Origin: the human T2T-CHM13v2.0 reference genome, Homo sapiens
Length of the DNA stretch: 64,000 nucleotides
Direction: 5' to 3' (one strand)
Assembly: GCF_009914755.1 (NCBI RefSeq)
Contig: NC_060928.1
Below, one piece after another: positions 13,851-28,003 of this stretch (within the stretch, counting starts at the first letter, position 1; each line of letters begins with the position of its first letter). A program made the translations under genes and the position numbers. The notes beneath the pieces were generated by a model that saw only the letters and a program-made list of their open reading frames with translations, searched no databases and had not been told where the DNA came from.

Positions 13851-15111
13851 TATCTGGCAGTAAAGAGGTCCTAATTTACTGAGCTATACTTCCCACAACT
13901 GCTTTTATCAAGGTATCATTAATTTTTCAAATCTTGATGACATCCTCAGTTTCCTCTGTATTATTATTGAAAAACTTGCCATTTAAAACAATGGGCACAC
14001 ATGTGCTTTTAACCTCCACAATGTACCAAAAATAAATTTGTCAAACTAATATATTTTATAAAATGAATATTAAATAAAAATGGTCATTTCACTCTTTATG
14101 ACATTTTAAAATGGATTAAATCATATCAATTTTTTTCATCTACATTCTCATAATTACTCTTCACCTCGTTGGGGTCCCTATTTACAAATAATCTTCAAGT
14201 AGAGTCCTGTTCTGCCTCTTCTTGATTTTCTAAACTTCAGAACTAACTGCCATTTAGATACCCACAGAAGCAATAGCCTGCTCATCCATCTATTAGGTTC
14301 AGCTGTGAATGCTATAATCAAAGAGGTGTTTATAAAATAATAAAAACACAAAGCTGGTATTTTCTTTTCCATTTTGAAATATACAGGCCTTGTCCATTAT
14401 TGAGTCTACAAAACCAAACATATTTTCTTGCAGATTTTAAATAAATTTATTGCAACCTATTTGACATGTATTAAATTCTGGACAAGGGCAGACATTTTCC
14501 TGGAATTAAAATGATATGGGAATCTGGACAAGTTCTTGTAGACTCACTTTTCTCAGCTTCTCCCAGCAAAATATAACTAAAAACCTTAGAGATAACACAA
14601 AAGGGGGCTTGAGAGCTTGAAAAGTTGGTAAGAGGAAGGTGAGTTGATTTAGTACCACAGAACTAGAGAAACAGTATAGCAGCAAAGTGTCCTGCATGTT
14701 ACCCAACAGAAGAAAGTGACCCAATCCCAGTGTTTCCAAAACCAGAACCTACCAATAGAAGGAAGACTACATAGGCTTGTTCCTCCCCGAATCTAAAATA
14801 AAAGTGGAAATTATTTTAATAAATAAAATTTAAAAAATAAAATAACAATTACTCCAAATAAAAAATTTAAAAAGTACTTAGGTATATACTTAATACAAAT
14901 ATATACAGCATCCATATGCCCCTTATAAAACACCAGTAAGTCAAAGAAGACCTAAACTAGGTGAAAGATATATTGCATTCATGCATTGGAATATTCTTCA
15001 TGGCAAAAGTATTAGTTCACTCAAAATTGAGCTATTGATTTTCTTTTAAGATTCCAGCAAGGTTTTTGGTAAATACAAGCAAACTTAGTCCAAAAAATAA
15101 AATGGAAAGAC

Positions 15112-15413
15112 AGCCAGGCATGGTGACTCACGCCTGTAATCCTAGCACTTTGGGAGGCCTAGACGGGTGGATTACATGAAGTCAGGAGTTCAAGACCAAC
15201 CTGGCCAACATAATGAAACCCTATCTCTACTAAAAAAAATACAAAAAATTAGCTGGGAGCAGTGGAACACAGCAATCTCAGCTACTCATGAGGGTGAGGC
15301 AGGAGAATCACTTGAACCTGGGAGGCAGAGGTGGCAGTGAGCCAAGGTCACGACACTGCACTCCAGCCTGGGCAACAGAGCGAGACTTCATCTCAAAAAA
15401 AAAAAAAAAAAAA
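15112..15413 (+). mobile_element. AluS
   Basis: Full dimer plus poly-A. Confidence 0.95.
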
Positions 15414-16862
15414 AGAAAGGAAAGGCACAGAAGTTACAAAAGCTAAAAATAATTTTGACAAAGAAGCATAAAGTGAGAAAAAGCACTCTACCTGATACTG
15501 TGTTTTACTACATAGCTATGGTAGTTAAGACAGCATGTTATTGGAGGAGGTATAAACAGACTGGAATAGAATATAGAACTTAGAAGTTAGACCCACACAA
15601 ATACTCTCAACTAATTTTTGACAAAGGTCTAAAAAACAAACAGAGAAATCTGATTCAATTTAATTCAACATCATTTCAACACGTAGTATTGGAACAACTG
15701 GACATCCATGGGCAAAAAATAAAATAAAATAACCCCCGACATAAATCTTAAGCCTTTTTATAATAATTAATTCGAAAATATAACAAAGACAAATGTAAAA
15801 TGGAAAAGTATAAAACTATTAGAAATAAACATTAGGGAAAATATTTGAGATCTAGAACTGGCAAACAGTTCTTGATCTTAAGGCATGATTGATAAAAGAA
15901 AAAATTAGTAACTTGAGACTCCATCCAAATGAAAAATAGTTTTCTTGGTGACCCTGTTAAGCAGATGAAATAACAAGCAAGAGGTTGGAAAACAATATTT
16001 GCAAACCACATATCTGGCAAAGAATAGGTAAGTAGCATATATAAAGAACTCTGAAAACTAAAATAAAAAATAGATATTTCACTGAAGGGGCTGTACAGTT
16101 GGCACATAAGGAGATAAACAGAGGTATGACATCCTTAGCCATTAGGAAAATGCAAATTGAAACCATAATTAAATATCATTACATACCTAACAGAATGACT
16201 AAAAAAATAAATGGTGACAATTCCAAATGTGTGAGGATAAAGGGAAACTAAATTACTCATACATTGCTGATGGGAATGTTAAATGTTACAACCACTATAC
16301 AAAACAAGTTTGCAGTTTCTTGTATAACTCAAATGCAAATAGCATATGACCCAGATATTTTAATCTTGGTGATTTATCCCAGAGAAATGAAAACTTATGT
16401 TGACACAAAAACATGCATATGACTGTATATAGTGGCTTTATTTGTAATAGCCAAAAACTATAAACAGTATAGACGTTCTTCACTGACTAATGGTTAAACA
16501 AACTGTCATAATATATATCATATTAGTACTAGTTAGCATTAAAAAGGAACAAATTATTGATATACATGACAACTTAGATGATTATCCAGACAATAATACT
16601 GAGTGGAAAAATCTGATTCTGAAAGGTTACATACTTTATGATTCTATTTATACAATATTTTGAAATTATGATATTTTAGAAATGGGTAATAGGTTAGTGG
16701 CTGCCCAGGGGTTAGGGACAAGGGTGGGTTGGAGAGGTTTATGTGTTTTTAAATAGCAACAGAAGGGATCCTTGTGGTTTTGGAATTGTTCCATATCTTG
16801 ACTGTGGTAGTGGGTACAAAAACTTACACATGAGATAAAATTGTTTAGAACTAAACACTCAT

Positions 16863-16865
<3 letters not shown>

Positions 16866-16891
<26 letters not shown>
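16866..16891. repeat. (CA)n microsatellite
   Basis: Run of CA dinucleotides in the L1 3'UTR. Confidence 0.9.
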
Positions 16892-16893
<2 letters not shown>

Positions 16894-17084
16894 TGAATAC
16901 AAAACTAGAAATGTGAATAAGTTCAGTAGATTTTATCAATGTCAACATCCTTGTTGTGAAGCTGTACTAGAGTTTTTTGTAATTGTTACTGTGTGAAACT
17001 GGGTAAAGTTTACACTGGATATCTCTATAATGCTACTTATAATTGCAAATGCATGTTGAATGATCCAATAAGAATATAAATTTA

Positions 17085-17388
17085 GGCTGGGCACGGTGGC
17101 TCATGCTTGTAATCCCAGCACTTTGGGAGGCTGAGGCAGATGGATCACTTGAGGTCAGGAGTTCGAGACCATCCTGGCCAACATGGTGAAACCCCATCTC
17201 TACTAAAACTACAAGAATTAGCCGGGCATGGTGGTGTGCACCTGTAATCCCAGCTACTCAGGAGGCTGAGGCAGGAGAATCACTTGAACCCAGGAGGTGA
17301 AAGTTGAGGTGAGCCAAAATTGCACCACTGCACTCCAGTCTGGGCAACAGAGGGAGATTCTATCTCAAAAAAATAAATAAATAAATAA
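17085..17388 (+). mobile_element. AluS with (TAAA)n tail
   Basis: Full dimer inserted at the L1 3' end. Confidence 0.95.
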
Positions 17389-17749
17389 ATTGAAAACTGA
17401 TATGGACCTTGAGCTTATTCTCAATAATTCAACTTACTATTTCTAGAGATAGATGAAACTCCTTACCTTCAATGAACTGTATCAAGAAGCCAACATTTCT
17501 TCTACATATTTTCTCTCTATTTCTCTTCCTTTCCATATCTCCTTGTCCTCCCTCTCTTCCTATTTGTCCTAGACTTAGTTGGCACAGTGCATTCCTTTAT
17601 TGCCATACACCAAATGCCCCAATCACAGAATATCGTGGTGTATGCAGGGATTTGTTGCCATCCTGGAAAGCTTTATGAAGGAGAATTGAAAAAAAAAGTC
17701 TAAGATTTTGAAAGCCAAAACCATGAGGAATAGATACTACAGGAATAGG

Positions 17750-18170
17750 CACAAGCATCGACATTTGCAATAAATTTGAAAGTGTGCTTTCATTGAATGA
17801 CAAATATTTATAATAAATAGAGTATAGGGTGGTTACTTGTTCACTGTGGGGTTAAAGTAGAGTTGACAATGTGGAAAGGTAGAAGAAGATAGAAAAGAAC
17901 TTTGACAGTATGTATTACCAAGGACATGCCCTTAATTATATACTCCAAGGTAATTCATCATTAAATTTTCAACTGAGATGTATTTGAGAGATATTTAGGA
18001 GATGGAATCTCAATAACTTGTCGAAATGTTGAAATGAGAGGTAAATCAATGAGAGAAGTCTTAGAAGATTCTCAAGGTTTTGGTCTGAATATTAGAAATC
18101 TCATATTGCCATTTTCTGAGAAGAGAATAGGCAGAAGATTCATATTATGGGAGAAGAATTTTAAAGAGAT
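17750..18170 (-). mobile_element. L2 fragment
   Basis: gagagatatttaggagatggaatc...gattctcaaggttttggtctga...tgccattttctgagaagag matches antisense L2. Confidence 0.6.
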
Positions 18171-19985
18171 ATTTAATCCCTTTCAATGATATAATCTGTA
18201 TGTTCAATGACATTTCTGAATTTTAAAATTATCATTTAATGAAGTACCATTCAGAAATTTGTAACTGAAATTTCTAGGAAATTATGAACAGAGTATTGGT
18301 ATTCAATTTAACTCCTTCAAAATCAAAATTGTATTTTTGCTTTACAATTCTATTATAATGAAAATAATGTCATATATGTCAAATAATTATAGTAGTGTAG
18401 AGAAATATATTTGAAGCTAAAATTTAGTCTCAAATGAGTGTAAAAATATGCTATGTAAAATTTTAATATATAGAAAGTAATTTTCAGAAAATTTTCTAAA
18501 TTATAAAAACAATTAGCTGTTAACTTTATCTTCTACGGGTATTTCTCTCCGCTTATCTATGTTTCAACTTTCAACAAAGTGACTACCAATAATTCCCACT
18601 GTTGTCAGATTCAAAATAGTTATTCCTTTTGGTATATTGTATATAGTAAGCTCACTCCCCTCTGGCTTTTAACTTTATTTCTTTTGTCCCTGGGGTAATA
18701 GTTTCTCTCGTTTCTGCTAGTTCAGCTGAAAGAATCATTTTTCTCCTAGTAGGCTTTTGTGACTTTGCCAAACAACATAAACTTTTAGGAGGTTTCAGTA
18801 TAAAGAACAGATCAAGATATAAACTGTGGTTAATCAAGTAATTAGATAAGAAATAATACTTATAATACAATATGGTAAGGAGACATGCCAAGCGGACTGT
18901 GACTAAATAAATATACCTACTATTTTGGATTATAATTAGTTACTTTATGGCAATGTTTTTATTTTACTCTCAATCTATAGAGTGATTTCTGTTTCTTAGG
19001 AGGTACTTAATATACACATTTATAGAAATTATAAATGAATTCTTCATTTTTAATGTTTTTGTTCTGTGTTGCCATATGTCACTCTTTATCCCTGACTTTA
19101 TTTTTCAGTATTGTTCTCACCAGTTTATCAGAATACTCCTCCTTTTCCGTCTTCATGAGTTTCCGATTTATTGTACAAGGGACTTATAAACCTCAAAACA
19201 TGAGCTACTTGACACTTTAGCCCAAACGATATTGTTAAACACATACCTCCAAAAGAATTAGACAAAGAGAAAGGTGAAGAAAATCAGGGAAAAGAAAGAC
19301 AACGGAAATTTCTAAAAAGAAAAATAAGAAATGAAAAAAGGAAAGGATGGGAAAGGAAGAGGGGAGGAGAGTCCATGAAGAAGCATATTCAGAGACTGAA
19401 TCAAGAAAAATAGTAACCACCACCAATTGACTCAGAGGTCAATTTTGTGGTATCTGTTTAGCAAATTACTCCTGAGATACATTAAAGAAGTAATGATAAG
19501 TAATGATAATAGTCAGAAAAACACTGAGGGAATGTCATTTATTTTTTAAAAAATCTTTTAAATTCTTAGCATTACAGAAAAAGTCCTAAACTTTGAGTCA
19601 CAAGCTTACTATTAATGACAGTTTCTATCTAGAGACATAAGAAATAAATAAGAAGAGTTAGAAAAATGTTCCCCTGATCTAAAATAAGTAGATTGTGACA
19701 TTATCACAATCATAATAGCATTGTCTCCATGTATTTGGAGTAGGTTTGAACAGATGGCTCTGCTTTGCCTAACACTGAAATCCACACAACAGTCTTCCAA
19801 AATGTCCTTACCATCATCACCACTTTGACCTTACTTCTGTATTCTCTCAAGCATACAGCCAAGCGAAGGCTCTGCTCCAGTTCAAAGAGCCCAGACTGCT
19901 ATTGGCAATGACCAGTGCTCACACCCTTGAACCTCCATGCCCTGACAGCAATCCTCTACCCAATAGGTTTATTGTGATGGATATG

Positions 19986-20293
<308 letters not shown>

Positions 20294-20499
20294 TATCGTG
20301 AAGGATTCTTAAGAACAACTGCACCTACCATGTCTCACAACTCCGTTATTATTGGTCACCACTCAAGATGTGAGCCCTTGTACTCTCATCCTGATACTAA
20401 TGTCCAATTTTCTCTTCCCTTTGAATTCTTTTTAGTATACTTTCTAGGAATCCCCATTTTCCAACTTAAAAAGCCAAAACAAAAATCTCCCTGCTGTGA

Positions 20500-21230
20500 T
20501 TAATACTTGCCCAGAACCCTGAGAGATGGAAACTACTTATTTCCCCTTACTAGAGTTCTCAAGATTAATGTTCTTCCATGTGCCAACTGCTACATACTAA
20601 GCATTCCACATGTACCCTCATGATTAAGTTTCCCACTTTGAAGATTATGCCTCATTCTATCTCTTTTTCTAATCGTAGTTTACTGACCTGGTTCCTATCC
20701 CTTGTACTGTGAAAATGTGTCATCTTGTTTATGGCACGTAGTTCTTTCTAACCCAAACCTGCCTACCACTGAAGATGTTTTCACTGGGCATGGAGGTTAG
20801 CCAAACAACTAACTGCGTTTCTGGACCTCACAGGAACTCCTTGACCACTTTTCCATTTTTCCCCATCAAAATTCTCCTGTTTTTCTTTCCTTTACTGTCC
20901 AGTTAGATTCTGCAGTCCATTACTTATTCTCTTGACAGTATTCGTGATTTCATTTTCTTTTGCCCACCCTTCCTGAAAAATTCTACTTGTTGACCTTTCT
21001 GCCTGTATCAAGGCTGCTGAGTACTCCTGGAAAAATTTTGACCAACACCATAAATTTCTCCAACTTCAACTAAGCAACCAATGCAGAGAAACACTGTTCC
21101 CAAGAGTTTATTTCTGCATATCATTTATTTCAAACCTTTTTCATTAGCTTTTCCTCCTCCTACAAAGAGAATATAGAAGCATGTGATTTCCTGACATGAC
21201 CTACAAATTTAACTGGATAAGCATATATGT
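20500..21230 (+). mobile_element. L2 fragment (decayed ORF2 region)
   Basis: C/T-rich L2-like motifs such as cagttagattctgcagtccatt and aggctgctgagtactcctggaaaa. Confidence 0.45.
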
Positions 21231-21239
21231 TTCCACATA

Positions 21240-22760
21240 TTTATCATTTCTACTGCTCTTCCTTTCTTCCTGTAGATCTTGGTTTCCATTTGTTGGCATT
21301 TCCCTTCAGCCTGCAGATCATAATTATCATTTCTTGAAGTGCAAGGTCCTTCATAACTAATATAATTTTTACTTACCTAAAATTGTTGTTAGGTCTTGGA
21401 AGACTTTTTTGGTTACCAGATTCTTGGTTGATAGGGTTTACTTATTTATTTTTAAATGTATTTAGGCACTTTAAAAATGTGCTTTCTTTGTAATGGGATT
21501 TAGGACATGATACCCCCAAATATGGAACCATTGTATTTAAGAAAACCCTAGAAGCAGGAAGGTCACTCTCACTTTCCTCCTGCCTTTCTACCAGGCAGCA
21601 GGTCATAAAGCTCTCACTGCAGTGGTACCCACCCTCTATGCAAAGGAAAGGAATGTCTTTATTTCAGAAAACACAGGGACATAGAGAAGAATATGAACAA
21701 ATAGGCTTTTCTAAGTGTTCCCCAGTTTATTACTATTAGTTTACATTCTCTTTCTCCAACCATACTTCTCCACAACTATCCACTTCTTTATAAAAGTTAG
21801 CATAAAATATACAGATTTTTCTGTTTCTTTAGGTCTTAATTTCCTTATAAAGTGTGTCTCAAGTCAAGTAAACTTACATTAAATAAATGTATAATCTTTG
21901 TTCTTGTTAATCTTTTTTTGTTGTTATAGGGATCTCAGCCATGAACCTAGTGATGAGGGAGCAACAAAATTTTTCCTCCTCTACATTTGTCATCATTCCT
22001 TTATTGCTTCTGATGAGAAGTCAGCCACTGTGTCTATGGCTTCTTTCACATTTAATATGTATTTTATTTTTTTCTACCTGCTTCCAAGATTTTTATTCTC
22101 TTGGTTTTTCTGCAATATTACCATTCTTTTCTTCTATACTTGGTACTATATTTGATATGGTGTAAAGAATTTAGGTTTATTTATCTTCCTCTGAAGAGTA
22201 TTAATATCTCTTCAAACAGATGGTTAATTTAACTAGACTCAAATTCCAAACTTGTTTCTCCTGTCATTCTTTCAGGCCTCCCACATTTGATTTTGCTAGT
22301 GTTCTTGGCATCTTGACCACACATGTGCTGTTCTGGGGCCAGCCAAGGATTTAGGTAAAGTTAGAATTGAAATTTTGTGGGATATATCTTGGGTGTCTCT
22401 TTCTCTCTATGCCCACCCTCCCCCTGCCCTACCAAACACCACATTCCAGACACTGTAGTGGTGTAGTTCATCCTCTTATCCGTGGAGCTGTGTGTCTCTT
22501 TTTCAGTTATAGCAACTCTGCAGCCAGTCGACTCACAGTGGCTTCAGTGGCAAGCCATATAAACATTAATTTCACCCCACACAGTTCTGTTCTTTAAAGA
22601 GTCAACTATTCTCTAGTTTTGGCCTGATTTTGGTTTCTCTAGTGCTTTCAAACTGTTGCTTTGAAAAATGCTTTTTCAGATTCAATAATTGCTATCTGCA
22701 GTAAAGTTACTTTGACAGAAGCTATTCTGCCATTTCCAGAAGTAAAATTTTGACATTTAG
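21240..22760 (-). mobile_element. Ancient L1M(E) fragments split by an LTR
   Basis: Degenerate antisense L1 motifs (ccagattcttggttgatagg; tgcttctgatgagaagtcagc). Confidence 0.5.
21489..21985 (+). mobile_element. Solo ERV1 LTR (MER34/MER39 group)
   Basis: tg...gatacccccaaatatgg, agagaagaatatgaacaaataggc, attaaataaa, ends cctctaca. Confidence 0.8.
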
Positions 22761-23232
22761 CTTTAGTTCTCTCTATTCTGTATACACCACATTTTTTCTC
22801 ACGTTCCTAATTTCATTGTTTTATTGTTTACATTACAGACAACATCTTCTCCATACCTTTGCTTTGTGTCTCTGCATTATTCTGCTTTGTAGGTATCCAA
22901 GATAAGTCTTAGAGTTGTAGTTTCTTTCATCTCCTCCTTTATCATACTGAATTCTGTATAAACCCGTTAAACTTGTAAGATTTCTGTTATAAACAGACAT
23001 AACCTAACCTATCCTTTGTTATCTGTAGGCAAGGAGGAATCTCATGATGCTCTTATAGAAAAGATAAAGTTTTTCCATAGTCAGAAACAGAAGTGATGTT
23101 AACTTAGTAAATATTAAAAATGCTGACAATATATATTTGAAACATGTCAACATATTTCACCAGGTAAATATCTCGGATATATAAATGGTTTCACCATATT
23201 TCTTCAGAGAAGTAAAGCATTAGAGCCTTTTT

Positions 23233-23324
23233 GGCTTATCCAAGTGCAGTAATGCTTACAACTAATTTATCACAACCAGTTACAGATTTTTTTTTCTTTA
23301 CTCTCACTGATTCACTTGACTAGT
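23233..23324 (+). pseudogene. RNY3P: Y3 RNA retropseudogene
   Basis: ggcttatccaagtgcagtaatgcttacaactaatttatcacaaccagttacagattt...ttcacttgactag aligns to hY3 (GGCTGGTCCGAGTGCAGTGGTGTTTACAACTAATTGATCACAACCAGTTACAGATTTC...CTTCACTTGACTAG); A-rich tail follows. Confidence 0.9.
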
Positions 23325-24832
23325 AAAAACTAAAACAAATAAACCAAAATCTCTGCTCCTTTTTAGTGGAGACAGAGGCTGATTTTCCATCCAAAATGAG
23401 AGTGAATTATATACTTTTCCTCTCAGCCATATAGATGATCCATAATCTATTTCCGTAATGTTTGAATTTGTTTTCATAGTCCACCTATTGCTGGTTTTGA
23501 TTTCCTACCTTTAATTATCTTTCAAGGCAAGATTTTTCAGACTTGTTATTTATTTATTTTTTAAAATGATGTTTGTCCCTACTCACTGTTCTCTGGATGA
23601 TATTAATTTCCCATTCAAACTCAGAGTTGGAGTACAGGTTGAAGTTTCTCACACTTGCTCAGTTTGCCTACAAATTATCATCTAATTTAGCTCCCCAGGT
23701 TTAAGATTATTCCATAATTTTATTGTCTGCATTTTGGTCAATTTAAGCGTAAGCTTCTCTAGTTAAGTAACCAAGGTCTTCAACATGAAACATTAATTAT
23801 CAGGACTATACCTATCCCAACCCTGGTCTTAATGTTAAAGGAACAACTTTTAAAATCCACCACCAAAACCATGATTTTCATTTCCTAATTTCTTATGCAT
23901 ATTCTGTGGGCATTTTGAATCACAAATGGATGTAGAGTTGTGCTGGGAAAGGATGAAGTGCAGATAACACAGGTACCTGAATCAGTGCCCTTAGAAACCA
24001 ATGCCTTTGGAGTATAACTTTCTGATTTTATATACCTCACAACTCTGAATTCAGGGGAATATGATAGATGAAAATGAAATATATTGTGGCTGTCTTTTGA
24101 TTAGCATATTTGCTCTGTTTTAAGCATCAACATTTATACCTAACAAAACTATTTTTAACAATTCATCTTTTGTCTGATAGATGTTAAAACAATCCCCCAT
24201 GTGCTAGCACTATAGAGAAGCTTAGTATTATGTATTGTTGTAGTTTTTTTAAAAGAATTGTAATGATATATTGGGAAGAACTATAACTTGAATGATAAGC
24301 TTAAAATACTAAATGTATTTGTGTTAAAATATCATCTTCTAGAAATAAAAGTCCTACCCAGAATAGAGAGTAAAATAAGGCATTTAAAATGTCATATTAC
24401 ACACAGACATCACAGACATATGCAGTCCTGATATTCAACTATAAAACAGAAACCAGATTATCCAAATGTATGTTGTTTTCTCAATAAGAAACGTCTTACT
24501 CAAGTATCAGCCCACTGCTTCAAAAAGTCAATCAAAACTAAACTACAAGGAAAGTAGAATTTTAAAATGCCAAATGAAAATTTTAAAATGTAACATGAGA
24601 TATGTTGGAAGAATGTTGGGATGAGAAAAGAAAAATAAAATTTAGTTAGAAGTAGAAGACTTCCTAAGCCAGTCTCTTTATTTCCACAGTTCGCATTAAG
24701 TATATTCCATAATATTTGAAGTCTGAAAGAGAATATCCTCACAGATCCTGATGTTGATTTAAAGCTATACTTTATTCCTAACAGAAATACATATGTGACA
24801 GGAATGATAGCTACCAGGAAAATTTATGACGA

Positions 24833-27101
24833 TGTATTAGTCCGTTTTTACACTGTTGATAAAGACTTACCTGAGACTGGGCAAATTACAAAAGAAACAC
24901 GTTTACTGGACTTACAGTTCCACATGGCTGGGGAGGCCTCAAAATCATGGTGGAAGGGGAAAGGAACATCTCACCTGGTGGTGGCAAAAGAGAGAATGAG
25001 AGCCAAGCGAAATGGGTTTCCACTTATCAAACCATCAGGTTTCTTGAGACCTATTCACTACCATGAGAACGGTATGGGGGAAACTGCCCATGGGTCCCTC
25101 TCATAACACATGGGGATTATGGGAAGACAATTCAAGATGAAATTTGGGTGGGGACACAGAGCTAAACCATATTATTCTGCCCCTGGCCCCTCCCAAATCT
25201 CATGTCCTCACATTTCAAAACCAATCATGCCTTCCCAACAGTCCCCCAAAATCTTAACTCATTTCAGCATTAACTCAAAAGTCCACAGTACAAAGTCTCA
25301 TCCGAGACAAGGCAAGTCCTTTCTGCCTATAAGCCTGTAAAACCAAAAGCAAGTTAGTTACTTCCTAGATACAATGGGGTACAGGCATTGGGTGGATATA
25401 GCCATTTCAAATAGGAGAAATTGGCCAAAACAAAGGGACTAAAGGCCCCATGCAAGTCTGAAATCCAGCAGGGCAGTCAAATCTTAAAGCTCTAAAATGG
25501 TCTTCTTTAACTTCATGTCAGGTCATGTTGATGCAAGGGGTCAGTTCCTATGGTCTTGGGCAGCTCCACCCCTGTGCTTTGCAGGGAACAGCCTTCCTCC
25601 CAGCTGCTTTCACAGGCTGGCATTGAGTGTCTGTGGCTTTTCCAGGAGCATGATGGAAGCTGTCAGTGGATCTACTATTTTGGGGTGTGGAGGACAGTGG
25701 CACTCTTCTCACAGCTCCACTAGGCAGAGCTTCAGTGGGGACTCTGTGTAGGGGTGCCCACCCCACATTTCTCTTCTGCACTGCCCTAGAGAGGTTTTCT
25801 GTGAGGGCCCAGGCCCTGCAGCAAAATTTTGCCTGGGCATCCAAGTGTTTCCATACATCTTCTGAAATCTAGGTGGAGGTTCCCAAACCTCAATTCTTGA
25901 CTTCTTTGCACCCACAGGCTCAACACCACATAGAAGCTGCCAAGGCTTGGGGCCTCCACCCTCTGAAGCAACAGCCTGAGTTATACCTTGGCCCCTTTTA
26001 GCTACAGCTGGAGTGGCTGGGACACAGGACACCAAGTTCCTAGACTCTACACAGCAGAGGGACCCTGGGCCCAGCCCATAAAATCATTTTTTCCTCCTAA
26101 ACCTCTGGGCCTATGATGGGAGGGGCTGCTGCAAGGTCTCTGACATGACTTGGAGACATTTTCTCCATTGCCTTGGTGATTAACATTCAGCTTCCCCTGA
26201 CTTATGCAAATTTCTGCAGCCAGCTTTAATTTCTCCTTAGAAAATGGAATTTTCTTTTGTTTCACATTGCCAGTCTGCAAATTTTCTGAATTTTTATGCT
26301 GTTTCCCTTTTAAAACTGAATGCCTTTAACATCACCCAAGTCACCTCTTGAATGTTTTGCTGCTTAGAAATATATTCTGCCAAATACCCTAAATCATCAC
26401 TCTCAAGTTCAAAGCTCCACAAATCTTTAGGGCAGGGGTAAAATGCTGCCAGTCTCTTTGCTAAAAGATAACCAGAGTCACCTTTGCTCCAGTTCTCAAC
26501 AAGTTCCTCATCTCTATATGAGACAACTGCAGCCTGGATTTCATTGTTCATATCATTATTAGCATTTTGGTCAAAGCCATTCAATAAGTCTCTAGGGAGT
26601 TCCAAACTTTCCCACATTTTCCTGTCTCCTTCTGAGCCCTTCAAACTGCTCCAACCTCTGCCTGTTACCCAGTTCTATAGTCACTCTCACATTTTCAGGT
26701 ATCTTTTCAGCAATACCCCACTCTACTGGAACCAATTTACTGTATTAGTCCATTTTCATGCTGCTGATAAAGACATACCTGAGACTGGGAAATTTACAAA
26801 AGAAAGAGATTTATTGGACTTGCAGTTCCATGTCTCTGGGGTGGCCTCACAATCATTTTGGAAGGTGAAAGGCACATCACATGGTGGTGGCAAGAGAGAG
26901 ACTGAGAGCCAAGTGAAACGGGTTTCCCTTTATCAAACCATCAGATCTTATGAGACTTATTCACTACCACGAGAACAGTATGGGAGAAACCATCCCCATG
27001 ATTCAGTTATCTCCCACTGAGTTTCTCCCACAACACTTGAGAATTATGGGAGTACAATTTGAGATGAGATTTGGGTGGGGACACAGAGCCAAACCGTATC
27101 A
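24833..27101 (-). mobile_element. Complete THE1 MaLR provirus (LTRs 24833-25174 and 26741-27101)
   Basis: Paired LTRs tgtattagtcc...aaacc(a/g)tat(t/c)a, about 1.57-kb internal region, degenerate 5-bp TSD gacga/gatgg. Confidence 0.95.
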
Positions 27102-27613
27102 GATGGTTTGAGTAATTTAATGTGCCCTTTTCTTTGAGGCTTGCGGTGCTTAACCCTGGGTCCGTACACAATACTAAAATTTAGTTTGAGTAAAAGGTAT
27201 GCCTTCCTAAGTAAAAGAATTTTAGGAAAGAGGATGAGACCTGGAAAACCTACGGGAAACACATTCGCAGGCAAATCACTTTCTATAAGTGGAAGTTGAG
27301 GAATCAGAAATTGATTATTTTTAAATTACATCCTTGGGTATCCATAAGAAAGTCTTCTGGGAAAGGTAAATTGCTGTCTAATATGAAGACCACAGGTTTA
27401 GGAAATAAAGGGCAGACCATTTTCTAATGCTCACTTATTTCTAGAAAGTGGAAGGGAACTTTAGAGAAAAAGATAAACTTCCTTTTTTTTTCTTTGAAAC
27501 CTGATAGAGTTTATGTTTCTTCAGATGATTTGATGTCTGCATATTAATACTATTGCTCATTCTTCGTTTGCATCTGAAGACTGAACTGAAACAAGTTAAA
27601 AATACAAGAATGG

Positions 27614-28003
<390 letters not shown>

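Larger units (their letters stand above)
14870..17080 (+). mobile_element. Old L1 3' part (L1MC/L1MD-like)
   Basis: Decayed ORF2 C-terminus; 3'UTR gatccttgtgg...tatcttgactgtggtagtggg...gaaactgggtaaag. Confidence 0.85.

Noticed and set aside
26294-27020. ORFs of 116 and 178 aa
   Set aside because: Residual or chance frames within THE1-int and its LTR
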